A DNA stretch of 64,000 nt from an uncultured Acidobacteriota bacterium (GCA_964642735.1 CAZXSV010000011.1:21589-85588); one strand, 5' to 3'; numbered from the stretch's first letter, positions 9,924 through 19,690 are shown. A program made the numbers and translations. Notes: a model not told the origin generated them from the sequence alone.

Positions 9924-10652
9924 ATGTCGACAATCCACGAGTTCAATCAATACGGCGAAGATATGGAAAGGCTTCTCATCATGAGGACCTCGCCCATTGC
10001 CGTTAAAATGCTGGAAAAGGAAGCGGACATCCCGCAGGGAGCGATCCGGCCGAAGAAAGACCGCCGATGCCACTTCGCGCAATGTCAGGCCTTCGCGCTG
10101 TCCCGGCGCGAAGGAACGCCGGTTGCCATGCTGAAGGAAGATCACTGGTGCCCGGCCGCGGTCATAGCCTACGGGCTGGAGAAAAAGCCGGAATCCCTGG
10201 CAAAGCTGTCGCATCCTTACAATTGTTTCGAACACGGAAAATACATCGGCATCGTCACCGCGCCTTTGAAAAGCGCCAATTTCATTCCAGATATTGTGAT
10301 CGCCTATTTGAAGCCGGCGCAGCTGCGGGGACTTCTGTTGAGCCTGAAAGTCGAAGATGTGCCCGAAGTCAGCGGTCACTTCTTCCCCCCTTCCTGCGCC
10401 TGGGCTGTCGTCGAGCCGATGAAGACGGGCCGGTACTGGGTCGTGACGCCGGATCCGGGAGAATATCAGCGGGCGCTGACCGACGAGGGGGATATGATGT
10501 TTTCCGCACCGCAAAGCAAAATGCCCGCCCTGATGGCGGGCTTAAGGCAAAACAAAATTTTCTCGTATCGCGACCACCACATGGCCATGCTGCCGGATTT
10601 CGAACGGCCCGCTTTTTACGTCGAATTATTCAAAAGCTGGGGGATGGAGTAA
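9924..10652 (+). CDS. DUF169 domain protein (copy 1)
   Basis: Contains RTSPIAVKMLEKEADIP...CHFAQCQAFALSRREG...EDHWCPAA. The ATG at 9924 follows GGAGG (9911-9915). Paralogous to 13893..14675 and to the decayed copy near 35 kb. Confidence 0.8.
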   Translation: MSTIHEFNQYGEDMERLLIMRTSPIAVKMLEKEADIPQGAIRPKKDRRCHFAQCQAFALSRREGTPVAMLKEDHWCPAAVIAYGLEKKPESLAKLSHPYNCFEHGKYIGIVTAPLKSANFIPDIVIAYLKPAQLRGLLLSLKVEDVPEVSGHFFPPSCAWAVVEPMKTGRYWVVTPDPGEYQRALTDEGDMMFSAPQSKMPALMAGLRQNKIFSYRDHHMAMLPDFERPAFYVELFKSWGME

Positions 10653-10731
10653 GACAACGCCAAAGTCTTGAGGGCTTTGCGCAGCAATGGGCCGGAAAAT
10701 CAAATAGAGGGGCCCGGGCGCCCAGTTTTAT

Positions 10732-11589
10732 TCAGCCTTGCTGCAAAAGGCTGCCGCCGCCGATGAACGTCTCCGGATCCTTTCTTTCGGCGGCGTTGAG
10801 GCTAAGCCATCCGATCGCATTCAAGAAGAAGGGATCTTTGAGAGCCCTGGCATTTGCGGGGCAGGCCCGAACGCAGGCGCAACACAGGATGCATGTTTGT
10901 GCATTCGATCTCGACGTTGTGTCGATGGATATCGAGCCGGTTGGGCATCGGGAAACACACACGCCGCAAGCAGTGCACAGGGCCGGCTCGGTTTCCGGAG
11001 AAGTTTTCGGAAATTGGGACCGCTCTCTGAAGGGCCGGTTCCCGGGCGGTTTCGGGGGAAAAATGTCGCCGGGGATTTGAACGTTTCGCAGATAAAGGCC
11101 AATCGTCGACCCGAATTCCCGGGCGCGGTTGAAATCGGACGTATCCGGACGCCCTTTTGAAAGGGGCGCCGCCGCCGTGGAAAACGAGTGCTCCCCGATG
11201 AACGCCCCTGCGGCAGCCAGAGAAAATCCGGCCTCTCGAACAAGATCGGTTAATTCCAAAAGCGCGTCATGGTATCCCTTGTTGCCGTAAAGCACGACGG
11301 CGACCGCCGGACTCCCGTTCGCTTTCAGCGTTCGGAACCTCCGGATGGCCGTCTCCGGAAGCCTGCCGGAGTAAACGGGCGCTCCAATGACGAGCAGATC
11401 ATTTTTTTTCATTGCCTCGACCGTGCGCCGCTCCATATCGGGATAGGTCGCATCGATGGGCTCGACAGCATCCGCACCGATGCCATCGGCAATGCTCTCC
11501 AGAATCGATTTCGTCGTCCCGGTCGGCGAAAAATAAAGCAGCCACACCTTTTGTATTTTCAAAATCCCCTCCGTCCCGTTCCAGGGCAT
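10732..11589 (-). CDS. Flavodoxin-like domain fused to a 2x[4Fe-4S] ferredoxin domain
   Basis: LLYFSPTGTTKSI flavodoxin P-loop-like start, plus CTACGVCVSRCP and CILCCACVRACP cluster motifs. An alternative TTG start near 11562 follows GGAGGGG. Confidence 0.75.
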   Translation of the reverse strand: MPWNGTEGILKIQKVWLLYFSPTGTTKSILESIADGIGADAVEPIDATYPDMERRTVEAMKKNDLLVIGAPVYSGRLPETAIRRFRTLKANGSPAVAVVLYGNKGYHDALLELTDLVREAGFSLAAAGAFIGEHSFSTAAAPLSKGRPDTSDFNRAREFGSTIGLYLRNVQIPGDIFPPKPPGNRPFRERSQFPKTSPETEPALCTACGVCVSRCPTGSISIDTTSRSNAQTCILCCACVRACPANARALKDPFFLNAIGWLSLNAAERKDPETFIGGGSLLQQG

Positions 11590-11626
11590 CTATTCGAACG
11601 GCGGCCGGATAAGCGGTCCCGAGACT

Positions 11627-12103
11627 CTATTGCCTGTTCTTTCTTTCCAGAATATGTTCGCAACAACCGTCTCCGGCGGGCAGGGACTTGCCGATCCGGT
11701 AGACAAGGCCGGGATTCAGTTCTTCAACGACAGTCTTCTCCATGGCGGTGTGAGCCAGACACATTTCCGGGATATCGAAATCAAGGGGGCATCGATTGAC
11801 TTTAATGACAACTCTGTCTTCGCTCTTCTCTGCTGTTGTTATCATGTCGCGCCCGCGGGCGACTGTGTCGAATATCCTGAGAAGATATTCCGCCACTGAA
11901 GCCATGTCGTTGTCCAAAAGCCTGGTTTTCGCCCTCTTTGCGACGCTGAGCCCGTACTCGCGGCTCATTTCCTCGATCAACTTCAAGCCCTCATCGCCGA
12001 ATTTTCGATACAAGAAATCATAGTTGCTTCTCAGCCGCCCATACAGCCCGCGGACGGCGCTCCGATAGACTTGCTCCAGCGTACGATCGTTTTCCGAAAC
12101 CAT
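11627..12103 (-). CDS. L-2-amino-thiazoline-4-carboxylate hydrolase-family-like protein
   Basis: 158 aa. The overall pattern (FDTVARGRDM...VIKVNRCPL...CLAHTAME...GDGCCEH) resembles the ATC-hydrolase family. Assignment is from memory only. Confidence 0.45.
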   Translation of the reverse strand: MVSENDRTLEQVYRSAVRGLYGRLRSNYDFLYRKFGDEGLKLIEEMSREYGLSVAKRAKTRLLDNDMASVAEYLLRIFDTVARGRDMITTAEKSEDRVVIKVNRCPLDFDIPEMCLAHTAMEKTVVEELNPGLVYRIGKSLPAGDGCCEHILERKNRQ

Positions 12104-12159
12104 GTCCTTTCCCTTTCTCTCGATGAAGATTCGCTCCTCGACCTGTCCGGAAACAAATC

Positions 12160-12726
12160 TTATTGAAAACCCTCAAAGCCCGCTGTCAGCTTTCTCGTCG
12201 CATGAACAAGGCGCGACAGCGACTCCTGTCCAAGGTCGATCCGATGCCCCTTCCGCATGAAGACCAGGCTGTTTGTCGCCACAATCACCTGGAGGCTCTT
12301 TGCCATCTTCAGCAGGCCTAGATGAATTTGTTCGCTGTTTTCCATATCCTGCCCGGTCTCCGGGCTGTCGATCAGCACTGCCGTTTCATCGGCTCGCGAC
12401 TGATTCATCAAGCTGTCCACAACCCCCTGGCCGTGCGAGAGAAACATGGAGCGAACGCCCTGGACCATCGTCTCCCAGCTGGAGAAGGTCCCGCCGATAT
12501 TCGGATTGAGCGTCTCAGTCGTAATAAATTTGATCATCTTTTTATCGGCGCCGTCTATCGTGCAAAAAGGACACAGCGCCATCGCCCTTAAAATCGTCGA
12601 CTTCCCTGAGCCATTGGGGCCGATCAGCGCATTATAGCCCGGCTCAAAATGGACGACCGGATCCTTTTCACGCAATTTGCCGACCTTGATGGAATGGTTT
12701 ATACAGAGTTTGACGCTGGATATCAT
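12160..12726 (-). CDS. Minimal ABC/SMC-like ATPase (~188 aa)
   Basis: Walker A GPNGSGKST, signature-like LSHGQG and Walker B VLIDSPETGQD. I prefer the ATG at 12726 over the track start at 12780. Confidence 0.6.
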   Translation of the reverse strand: MISSVKLCINHSIKVGKLREKDPVVHFEPGYNALIGPNGSGKSTILRAMALCPFCTIDGADKKMIKFITTETLNPNIGGTFSSWETMVQGVRSMFLSHGQGVVDSLMNQSRADETAVLIDSPETGQDMENSEQIHLGLLKMAKSLQVIVATNSLVFMRKGHRIDLGQESLSRLVHATRKLTAGFEGFQ

Positions 12727-13025
12727 GATTATCCTCAAATCGCGGCCGGTTTGCGACCAGACCCGATCCTCTGATTTCAAAAGACGCTTCCGCTATTGTG
12801 AATCGCAAAGGATCGCCCTTTGCAGCAGACCCCTCCATTGCATTGACGCCGGGGTTTCAAGCAAATACCGGGCCGCGAATGCGCATCCATCGCTGCATCG
12901 CCAGATTCGGAACAGATCCTTCATCCGCTTGCCGCCCGGAAGTCCGCCTTCTTTGCCGCCGAAAAAATAACAATGCCGAGCGGTCCATCTGAAAATGGCT
13001 ATTCATGCCTGCATCGCCGCGGAAA

Positions 13026-13697
13026 TTACACCCTATTTTTTTCAAAAAGCAGTCCGAGGAAACCCGCTTCGGGGTGCATCCCGCATTCGGAGCGAGGATT
13101 CGTTTCCGGACGCTCTTCGGGCGACCAGAAGAGAGTGCTGGCGGCTCTCTTCAGTTCAAGCCCGGCGGTTTTCATCCAAGCCACGATATCGGGCGTGCGA
13201 TAGAACGTTGCATAGGCATAGACGGAGCGCCCTTGCTTTTTTTTCTTTTCATATGCCCGGCCCCACGGACTGTCTGCGGGGATGATCCCGAGGAGAAGAC
13301 TGCCTCCCGGTCGCAAGATTCGGCTGCATTCATTCAATGCCTTCTGAGGGTCCGCAATGAAACAAAGAGTCAGCGCCAGCAAAACGCCATCGAAGGAATC
13401 CGCCGGGAAAGGGATGCTCTCAGCACGGCCTGCGCATGTCCTGATCCCCCGGGCCGCAGCATGCCTAAGCATTGGGACCGAAGGATCCATCCCGTTGGCA
13501 ATTCCCAGAGATGAAGCGAATCGGCCCGTGCCCACCCCTGCCTCCAGCCAGCGGTCCACAGGATGCCTGCAAAGCGGCCGGAGGCATTGCAGTTCCGCAT
13601 TGAAAACAGCGCGTCCATCGGGCTCATCGTACCAACGGTCGTAACTATCCGCAATGGAGTCGAATATTTGCACGAATCGCCCCCCTCCAAAATGCAT
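13026..13697 (-). CDS. Class I SAM-dependent methyltransferase
   Basis: Motif I WLEAGVGTGRFA, post-I GMDPS, and LRPGGSLLL. Confidence 0.8.
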   Translation of the reverse strand: MHFGGGRFVQIFDSIADSYDRWYDEPDGRAVFNAELQCLRPLCRHPVDRWLEAGVGTGRFASSLGIANGMDPSVPMLRHAAARGIRTCAGRAESIPFPADSFDGVLLALTLCFIADPQKALNECSRILRPGGSLLLGIIPADSPWGRAYEKKKKQGRSVYAYATFYRTPDIVAWMKTAGLELKRAASTLFWSPEERPETNPRSECGMHPEAGFLGLLFEKNRV

Positions 13698-13892
13698 TTC
13701 CAGTTTCTCAAAGCAAAAGGCGTTCCCTGTCGGCCTGCCTTGCCGGCGCCGCCGATAGCTCGCCGATATTTACAATGAGCTTCAGAGAAGGGACAGCAGG
13801 CCCAGACCGGCCGCTGTATTATGCTGTTTAAATTGAATCTTAAGAAAAGATATCCTGTAGTATGATCCGAACAGGCATAAGGAGACCATTCC

Positions 13893-14675
13893 ATGCTGAA
13901 TTTAAGCGAAATCAACCGATGCGGCGAAGAAATTGAGAAGCTCCTGTTTTTGAGGACTTCTCCTATCGCCGTGAAAATGCTGGAGAAGGAATCGGACATA
14001 CCGGTCGGCGCTCTCAGGCCCAAGAAGGATCGGGGCTTTCATCTCGCTCAGTGCCAGGCTTTTTCCTTGTCGCGCCGTCAGGGCGCCGCTGTGGCCATGC
14101 TTAAAGAGGATAACTGGTGCTGGGGCTCTTTGATGGCTTACGGGCTGGTGGATCAACGCATCGCAGAGCGGTTCCCCGAGCTCAAGGATGAAGTCAGGAA
14201 AATCCCTCTTATTGAACATGGCAAGTATATAGGGATCGTCTCGGCGCCTTTGAAAACCGCCAATTTTCTGCCGGACATCGCGCTCATTTATTCCAACAAC
14301 GCCCAGTTGAACAACATGCTCCACGCCCTTTCCTTCAAAGGCGAAGGCATGATTTCATCTCCGTTGTACGCCATCGCATCCTGCGCCTTTGCGGTTGTGC
14401 CCGCGCTTTCGGGACAGTACTGCGTCACCTTGCCGGATCCCGGAGAACTGGGCCGGGCGCTGGCCGGAGAGGACGAAATAATATTTTCAGTCCCTCGGGG
14501 CAAGCTGGAAGGATTGACCGCCCAATTGAAAATGTTCGAGGAAAGAAAATTCGGGTACAGGCATCACGCTTTTCTGGAAATGCGGCCGGATTTTCCCCGA
14601 CCGGATTTCTACAAAAAACTTTTCCGCGAATGCGGGTTGGACGCCGACGATGTCCCAACCTGGCCGGCTCTCTGA
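13893..14675 (+). CDS. DUF169 domain protein (copy 2)
   Basis: Contains RTSPIAVKMLEKESDIP...FHLAQCQAFSLSRRQG...EDNWCWG and is collinear with copy 1. Confidence 0.8.
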   Translation: MLNLSEINRCGEEIEKLLFLRTSPIAVKMLEKESDIPVGALRPKKDRGFHLAQCQAFSLSRRQGAAVAMLKEDNWCWGSLMAYGLVDQRIAERFPELKDEVRKIPLIEHGKYIGIVSAPLKTANFLPDIALIYSNNAQLNNMLHALSFKGEGMISSPLYAIASCAFAVVPALSGQYCVTLPDPGELGRALAGEDEIIFSVPRGKLEGLTAQLKMFEERKFGYRHHAFLEMRPDFPRPDFYKKLFRECGLDADDVPTWPAL

Positions 14676-14785
14676 CGATCAGCCCCCAGGGCTACAGGAA
14701 TCGCCAGGGGCTTGAGCTTTAAAATTATAATTCCTCTCCCCCTCCCTATTTCTGGCATTTTGCCTGATTCTTCGAAACCAATTCA

Positions 14786-14798
14786 TTGCATTATGCAA
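14786..14798. promoter_or_regulatory. Type-1 palindrome TTGCATTATGCAA (putative enhancer-binding-protein site)
   Basis: Perfect TTGCA/TGCAA inverted arms, centred about 82 bp upstream of the GG of the -24 element at 14873. Confidence 0.45.
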
Positions 14799-14872
14799 CA
14801 AGTCAGTCCTTTCCATCTACTGGAATGGCCGGGTGCGGCCTTGGAATAAGGGAAAAAACAGGAAGGAAAGTA

Positions 14873-14887
14873 TGGCACGCTCAATGC
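14873..14887 (+). promoter_or_regulatory. Sigma-54 (-24/-12) promoter candidate upstream of thioredoxin
   Basis: TGGCACGCTCAATGC has a perfect TGGCACG -24 box, the exact GG-N10-GC spacing and an ATGCA -12 box. It lies about 70 nt upstream of the ATG at 14957. Confidence 0.65.
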
Positions 14888-14956
14888 ATAGTCCTTCATT
14901 ACGGATCAGCATGAATGATCGGGCTAAAAAGCCGCGCTATTCGAGAGAGGGCTTCA

Positions 14957-15304
14957 ATGACTGAAAAAAGCAAAATTTTGTACGCCAACGACGAAACATT
15001 CGACACGACCGTCCTCGACAGCGCTTTGCCGGTGCTGGTCGATTTTTGGGCGCCGTGGTGCGGCCCGTGTCGAACGTTCGAGCCTACAATCGAGGAACTC
15101 GCAAAGGAGTATGCGGGCAAAATCAAATTCGTCAAGGTCAATGTCGATCAGGGCCTGCGGACGGCGATGTCTCTGGATGTGAGAAACATTCCTGCCGTCG
15201 TTCTGTTCGCTCAAGGCAAGCCGGTCCGAAAACTCGTGGGCGCGCAGCCTAAAGCCGATCTGAATTCCGCAATCGAGCAATGGCTGAATGCAAACGCAGC
15301 TTAA
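14957..15304 (+). CDS. trxA: Thioredoxin
   Basis: VLVDFWAPWCGPCR active site and a length of about 115 aa. I prefer the ATG at 14957 over the track start at 14915. Confidence 0.9.
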   Translation: MTEKSKILYANDETFDTTVLDSALPVLVDFWAPWCGPCRTFEPTIEELAKEYAGKIKFVKVNVDQGLRTAMSLDVRNIPAVVLFAQGKPVRKLVGAQPKADLNSAIEQWLNANAA

Positions 15305-15317
15305 ATACAACGCACTG

Positions 15318-16154
15318 TCAAGGCATCTCGACGACCGACCCGGCTTTATTGAAGAAAAAAACCTCGCCAAATTCCTGAGACAAAAGGCGGGCCGCTTTCA
15401 TATCGGTGCAATGGCATAACCCCAGCCTTTGAATGCCGAACTCCCGAAGCGCGTCGACGGTCTGCCACAAGCGCTCCTCTGAAGCGCTTATCAGATGAGA
15501 ACCGCCGACCACGGCGTAGATGTTCTCTTCACCCGTCAGACGTTTCGCGTGGTTTAAGGTGTTGATCATGCCCCGGTGGGCGCAACCCAAAACGACGACA
15601 AGACCGGCGGCCGTCCTGACAACAAGAGCCTGGTCGTCCATAACTTCATCCGGCTGCAGCCCGGGCCCTTCTTTGACCAAGAGGGCGGGATCGACTTCTT
15701 CAAAAGAAACGGCCATCGGTATTTCTCCGGTCGTCATGATGGAGTCGTCGATTTTCACAGGTTTAGGGCTGAGAACAAACGAAGCGCCGAGGCTTTCCAA
15801 TTCGCATTGACGGTAGGGGATGCCGATATAGTGAACCGGCTCGCCCTTGCGGCGAGAGTATTTCAGCCCCCATACGTCCGGGTGGGCTATCACGTCCACT
15901 TTTTTACGCATCCGGCGCAAAATTTCACGCAGGCCGCCGGTATGGTCGAAGTGGCCGTGGCTCAGCACGATTTTATCTATGTTGTGAAGATCGATCCCAA
16001 GAACGTCGGCATTGTGAACGCTGGAATGTCCTTGGCCCGTATCGAGCAAAACTCTCGTTTTTTCCGTCTCGACGAGAATGCTCAAGCCCCATTCCGCAAG
16101 AAATTCGCCGATGGAGGCGGTGTTTTCGCTTAAAGTTGTTATCCGCAGCCCCAT
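15318..16154 (-). CDS. MBL-fold metallo-hydrolase (COG1237-type)
   Basis: LSHGHFDHTGG metal motif. The N-terminus ITTLSENTA...EWGLSILVE...VLLDTG is typical of the COG1237 subgroup. Confidence 0.8.
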   Translation of the reverse strand: MGLRITTLSENTASIGEFLAEWGLSILVETEKTRVLLDTGQGHSSVHNADVLGIDLHNIDKIVLSHGHFDHTGGLREILRRMRKKVDVIAHPDVWGLKYSRRKGEPVHYIGIPYRQCELESLGASFVLSPKPVKIDDSIMTTGEIPMAVSFEEVDPALLVKEGPGLQPDEVMDDQALVVRTAAGLVVVLGCAHRGMINTLNHAKRLTGEENIYAVVGGSHLISASEERLWQTVDALREFGIQRLGLCHCTDMKAARLLSQEFGEVFFFNKAGSVVEMP

Positions 16155-16233
16155 GCCCAGCCCTCCTCAAAAGATGATTATCAAGCGCTTTTCCCGAACA
16201 TCCTCATTCGCAATCCGGCAATATTCATTCACC

Positions 16234-17262
16234 TCAGAAGCCTAAGGCCATCAACGCCGCTCCCGCCGCGAGTCCAATGGCAAGATTGATAAGTTTAATG
16301 AGAAAAAAAGTGCGGCGGGAATGAGCCAGCATCGGAAGCATTCCATGGCCGTCCTGAACAATGCAGCTTGCAAGCAGGACGCTTAAAGGAATCAGATTTT
16401 TGGAAAATAGCGTTACAAATATCAGATGCGGACCCGATTCCGGCGCCAGACCGATCAAGGCGGCGATCGTCAGCATGATCCACTTGCTGTTCTGAATCGC
16501 CTCCCCGATCTGCCATTGGTGGACCAAAAGCTCCATAAGCCAGAGAGCGCTGAAAGTCCAGAGAAACACGCGCGGGACATGCTGGCGCACGACGTGCTTC
16601 CATAAATGCTCTTCCAGGAAATGCTCCGGCGCCGCCGCCACAATGAACAGCCCGATCCCGGAAGTCAGCAGAATGGTCGCCCGAATCCAGTTCCAATGTC
16701 CGGGGCCGATCTCTCCGGCGACGACGAGAAATATAAATAACAACAGGGAGAAAAAAAGCGCCCCTCGGGCGGCCGAGCATTTTTTCCACTGAGCGACGAA
16801 TTGGCCGACTTCAAAGAATTTACCGCAGTCCTGTTCGTGAAGGCGGAAATCTTCGCTGCAAGACAGAAAACGAGTCGTCTTGGGGCCGGCCAGCCAATCC
16901 GTCAAAAACGCTCCAAGAAGACCGATAACGAACAGCAAACCATGAATCAGAAAAGCGGTTTTGGGAATCATGGCGAACATGACAAAGGATTCGTCTCCGG
17001 AAGTTGCAATCATCGCAGCCACCACGCTGCCCAGAGTCAATCTGCGGTGGGCGTACATTGCCACGACCGCAAAGGCGCCCAGACACCCCGGAGTGACGCC
17101 CAAAAAGGAAGCGAGCAGGTACTGCCCGAAGAGGCGCCGGGACAACCGCTCCTGCCATGCGCCTCGGCTGAACACGTTGAGGCACTCGATAACCAGCATG
17201 ATGATTGCGACAAAGCCGGCAATCAACAACGCCTGATTCAATGCGATCCTTGCCATCTGCAC
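16234..17262 (-). CDS. ~10-TM membrane protein, putative metal permease (ArsP_2 / 'putative manganese transporter'-like)
   Basis: Polytopic hydrophobic ORF with VIECLN near the N-terminus. The family assignment is from memory and tentative. Confidence 0.5.
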   Translation of the reverse strand: MQMARIALNQALLIAGFVAIIMLVIECLNVFSRGAWQERLSRRLFGQYLLASFLGVTPGCLGAFAVVAMYAHRRLTLGSVVAAMIATSGDESFVMFAMIPKTAFLIHGLLFVIGLLGAFLTDWLAGPKTTRFLSCSEDFRLHEQDCGKFFEVGQFVAQWKKCSAARGALFFSLLLFIFLVVAGEIGPGHWNWIRATILLTSGIGLFIVAAAPEHFLEEHLWKHVVRQHVPRVFLWTFSALWLMELLVHQWQIGEAIQNSKWIMLTIAALIGLAPESGPHLIFVTLFSKNLIPLSVLLASCIVQDGHGMLPMLAHSRRTFFLIKLINLAIGLAAGAALMALGF

Positions 17263-17348
17263 TCAGCCCCCTTCCTGCCGGGATGCGGCGATAAGCGCAT
17301 CCAACGGCGTATTTGGCAAAATTATAGGAAACCGCGAACTGCAAAATC

Positions 17349-17367
17349 AGCGCCAGTTTTGGGCGCT
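17349..17367 (-). terminator. Weak hairpin plus U-run between the two permease genes
   Basis: AGCGCC (17349-17354) pairs with GGCGCT (17362-17367). On the minus strand it is followed by GATTTTG. The stem is only 6 bp. Confidence 0.3.
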
Positions 17368-17440
17368 CAGCCTGTTTCCGGCGCCGCCGGCGCTTTCACG
17401 CCGGACCGACAACCTGACGCAAGCTAAACAATCAGACAGT

Positions 17441-18736
17441 CTAATCCAACAGGCGACGCAGCAACAGGAAATAGCCGACGATCAAAGCGCCTGTCGTCAA
17501 CGAGGAAGGCAGCAGATAACGGTAGACCGGACCGTACGTCGTGCCGAAATACCGGTTGCTGACGATCTGGCAGATATGGATGGGGCTCAGCATCTGTCCG
17601 AGGTGCCCGAAAGCGTAAGCCAGCGGGATGTAAGCCGCCATCGGACCAGCCGATTCGGCCCCGCCCGCAAGATTCAGGACGATCGGGAAAGACGTCCCCA
17701 CGAATCCGACGGCAATTCCCGTAACAAATCCGGCGATGAAAGGCAGGATGGCCGCCACCAGGGCTATCGGCACGCTGAGGTTCTGCAGTTCCCGGGCGAT
17801 CTGTTGCGGCGCCTGAACCGCTTCGAGTATATGTTGAAAGATCAGGACGGCCAAAACCAGTCCGGCGGTCGAGTAAAGAACAGGCTGCGAAAATGCTTTT
17901 AAAAGCTTTGCAATGGCGAGCCTGCGATCGAATAGCGTGAACAGGATGCTGCCCAGCAGCCCTAAAATCAACGGGCCATGTTGCAGAAGCGCGCCGGCGA
18001 GCGTTTTGGAGGGGCGATTGTCCAGACATAAGCCTGCAGCGATGTGCGCCACAAACCAAATCAGCAGAATCAACCAGATGGACGACGTCGCACGCAACAA
18101 TTTTCGTTTCACGCCGACCGGCGAAGCGGCGTTTTGAGCCTGCATGCCGGGATTCATTCGGATAAGCATCAGCAGGCCGCCAAGGAACATGGCTACAGTC
18201 CCGTAGATCATGAGAGCGGTCCAGGAAAACATATTGCGATTCGTCATTGCCATCGCAAGGATTACTCCCGGGTACAGAGGCCAGAAATACTCCCAGATGT
18301 GGCGAAACCAATAGTTGATATACGAAAGGCGCCCGTTGGAGAGTCCCGTCTTGCCGCCGGCCGCTTCAACCATCGGGGCGGAGAAGATGGCGCCGCCCGG
18401 CATGGGCAGCAAGCCAATCAGGGCCGGCATAGCCATGATTGTCACAACCGGGCGGCGAAGCGCTGCGTGAGCGAGGGAGACTATTTCCTCCAATAGTCCG
18501 CTCTCACGCATCAGTATGGACAACCCCAGAAGCAGCACGGTGATGGCGGCCAGGGCGAGGGTTTGAGGAGCGGCGCCTCCCGCCCAGGCAGCCTCGGCCA
18601 GACTTAAGGCGTCCATGCCGAAAGCCAAACCCGCCGCGGCGCTCCCGGCCAGAATAGCGAGGCCCAAAGGCGCGCGAAGGCGGGCCAAAGTGAGAATAAG
18701 CGCAAAAGCGCCGAGAGTGACCAGCAAAGCAAACAT
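17441..18736 (-). CDS. DUF401-like polytopic permease (ion-transporter superfamily)
   Basis: 431 aa with more than 10 hydrophobic segments. The N-terminus MFALLVTLGAFALILTLARLRAPLGLAILAG resembles DUF401/TIGR00529 proteins. Tentative. Confidence 0.5.
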   Translation of the reverse strand: MFALLVTLGAFALILTLARLRAPLGLAILAGSAAAGLAFGMDALSLAEAAWAGGAAPQTLALAAITVLLLGLSILMRESGLLEEIVSLAHAALRRPVVTIMAMPALIGLLPMPGGAIFSAPMVEAAGGKTGLSNGRLSYINYWFRHIWEYFWPLYPGVILAMAMTNRNMFSWTALMIYGTVAMFLGGLLMLIRMNPGMQAQNAASPVGVKRKLLRATSSIWLILLIWFVAHIAAGLCLDNRPSKTLAGALLQHGPLILGLLGSILFTLFDRRLAIAKLLKAFSQPVLYSTAGLVLAVLIFQHILEAVQAPQQIARELQNLSVPIALVAAILPFIAGFVTGIAVGFVGTSFPIVLNLAGGAESAGPMAAYIPLAYAFGHLGQMLSPIHICQIVSNRYFGTTYGPVYRYLLPSSLTTGALIVGYFLLLRRLLD

Positions 18737-18793
18737 GGCGACCCGACAAAATATCCCGATGCCTTGTTTAAATAATTCGCCGTATCATGGGGT

Positions 18794-19690
18794 TCAGATC
18801 TGGAAATTCGCATCAGGCCGAATCCCGGCGCCGGCCTCCAAAACGCCCGACAGATTGCGCCAGAGGCTTTTTATTTCCTGAGCGACCCTGCCGCTGGAAT
18901 ACTCGACTACCGGAACTCCACGAACAATGGATTCCGTAACAACGTTGTCAAAAGGTATTTTCCCCGCTATCTTGACTCCCCGGCCCAAACACTGGCTTTC
19001 TATCCGCCTTGCATTATCTTGATTCAAATCGCATTTGTTGATGCAAACCATAGCCAGGACGCCGAAATGTTTGCAGACGTCAAGCACTCTGTCCAAATCA
19101 TGCATCCCCGAAAGAGTGGGTTCGGCAACCAGCAGGGCCAGGGAGGCCCCGGACAGCGATGAAATTACCGGGCAGCCGATGCCGGGAGGGCCGTCGCATA
19201 TAATCAATTCTTTCCCTTCGCTCTCAGCGATTTTTTTGGCATGGCGCCGCACCACGGCGACAAGCTTTCCAGAGTTCTCCTCGGCGACGCCAAGCCGGGC
19301 GTGAACCAGCGGCCCGAACCTGGTTTCGGAAACAAACCAGTGTCCGCACATTCTATCTTTCATCGATATGGCTTCGGCGGGACAGATCAAGGAGCAAAAT
19401 TTGCAGCCTTCGCAGGAAACGGGATCGACGCAGAAATTTTCAATCGCGCCAAAACGGCAAATTTCCCGGCATTGGCCGCACTGGGTGCATTTTTCAGGAT
19501 CGATATAGGCGGCCTGCCCGCTCCAGAACTCGTTTTTCTGCCGCTCCTCCGGACAAAGCAGCAGATGAAGATCCGCAGCGTCCACATCGCAGTCGGCGAG
19601 CGCCTTGTTATCCGCCAAAACCGCCAGTGAACCGACGATGGTGGTTTTCCCGGTCCCCCCTTTACCGCTCAGTATGACAATTTCTTTCAT
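18794..19690 (-). CDS. MinD/ParA-type P-loop ATPase with an inserted 2x[4Fe-4S] ferredoxin domain
   Basis: ILSGKGGTGKTT deviant Walker A, plus CTQCGQCREICRFGAI and CEGCKFCSLICPAEAI. The ATG at 19690 overlaps the upstream paralog by 29 nt. Confidence 0.8.
   Translation of the reverse strand: MKEIVILSGKGGTGKTTIVGSLAVLADNKALADCDVDAADLHLLLCPEERQKNEFWSGQAAYIDPEKCTQCGQCREICRFGAIENFCVDPVSCEGCKFCSLICPAEAISMKDRMCGHWFVSETRFGPLVHARLGVAEENSGKLVAVVRRHAKKIAESEGKELIICDGPPGIGCPVISSLSGASLALLVAEPTLSGMHDLDRVLDVCKHFGVLAMVCINKCDLNQDNARRIESQCLGRGVKIAGKIPFDNVVTESIVRGVPVVEYSSGRVAQEIKSLWRNLSGVLEAGAGIRPDANFQI

Noticed and set aside
10067-11080. 337-aa plus-strand ORF spanning the DUF169 copy 1 / flavodoxin-ferredoxin junction
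   Set aside because: It is out of frame with DUF169 and antisense to the ferredoxin fusion. It is Arg/Gly/Ala-rich with no motifs.
12861-12875. The minus strand reads CGGCCCGGTATTTGC upstream of the mini-ATPase operon
   Set aside because: The spacing is correct, but the -24 box is poor, I saw no upstream palindrome, and it is 135 nt from the start codon. I kept it only as a remark in a finding, not as a feature.
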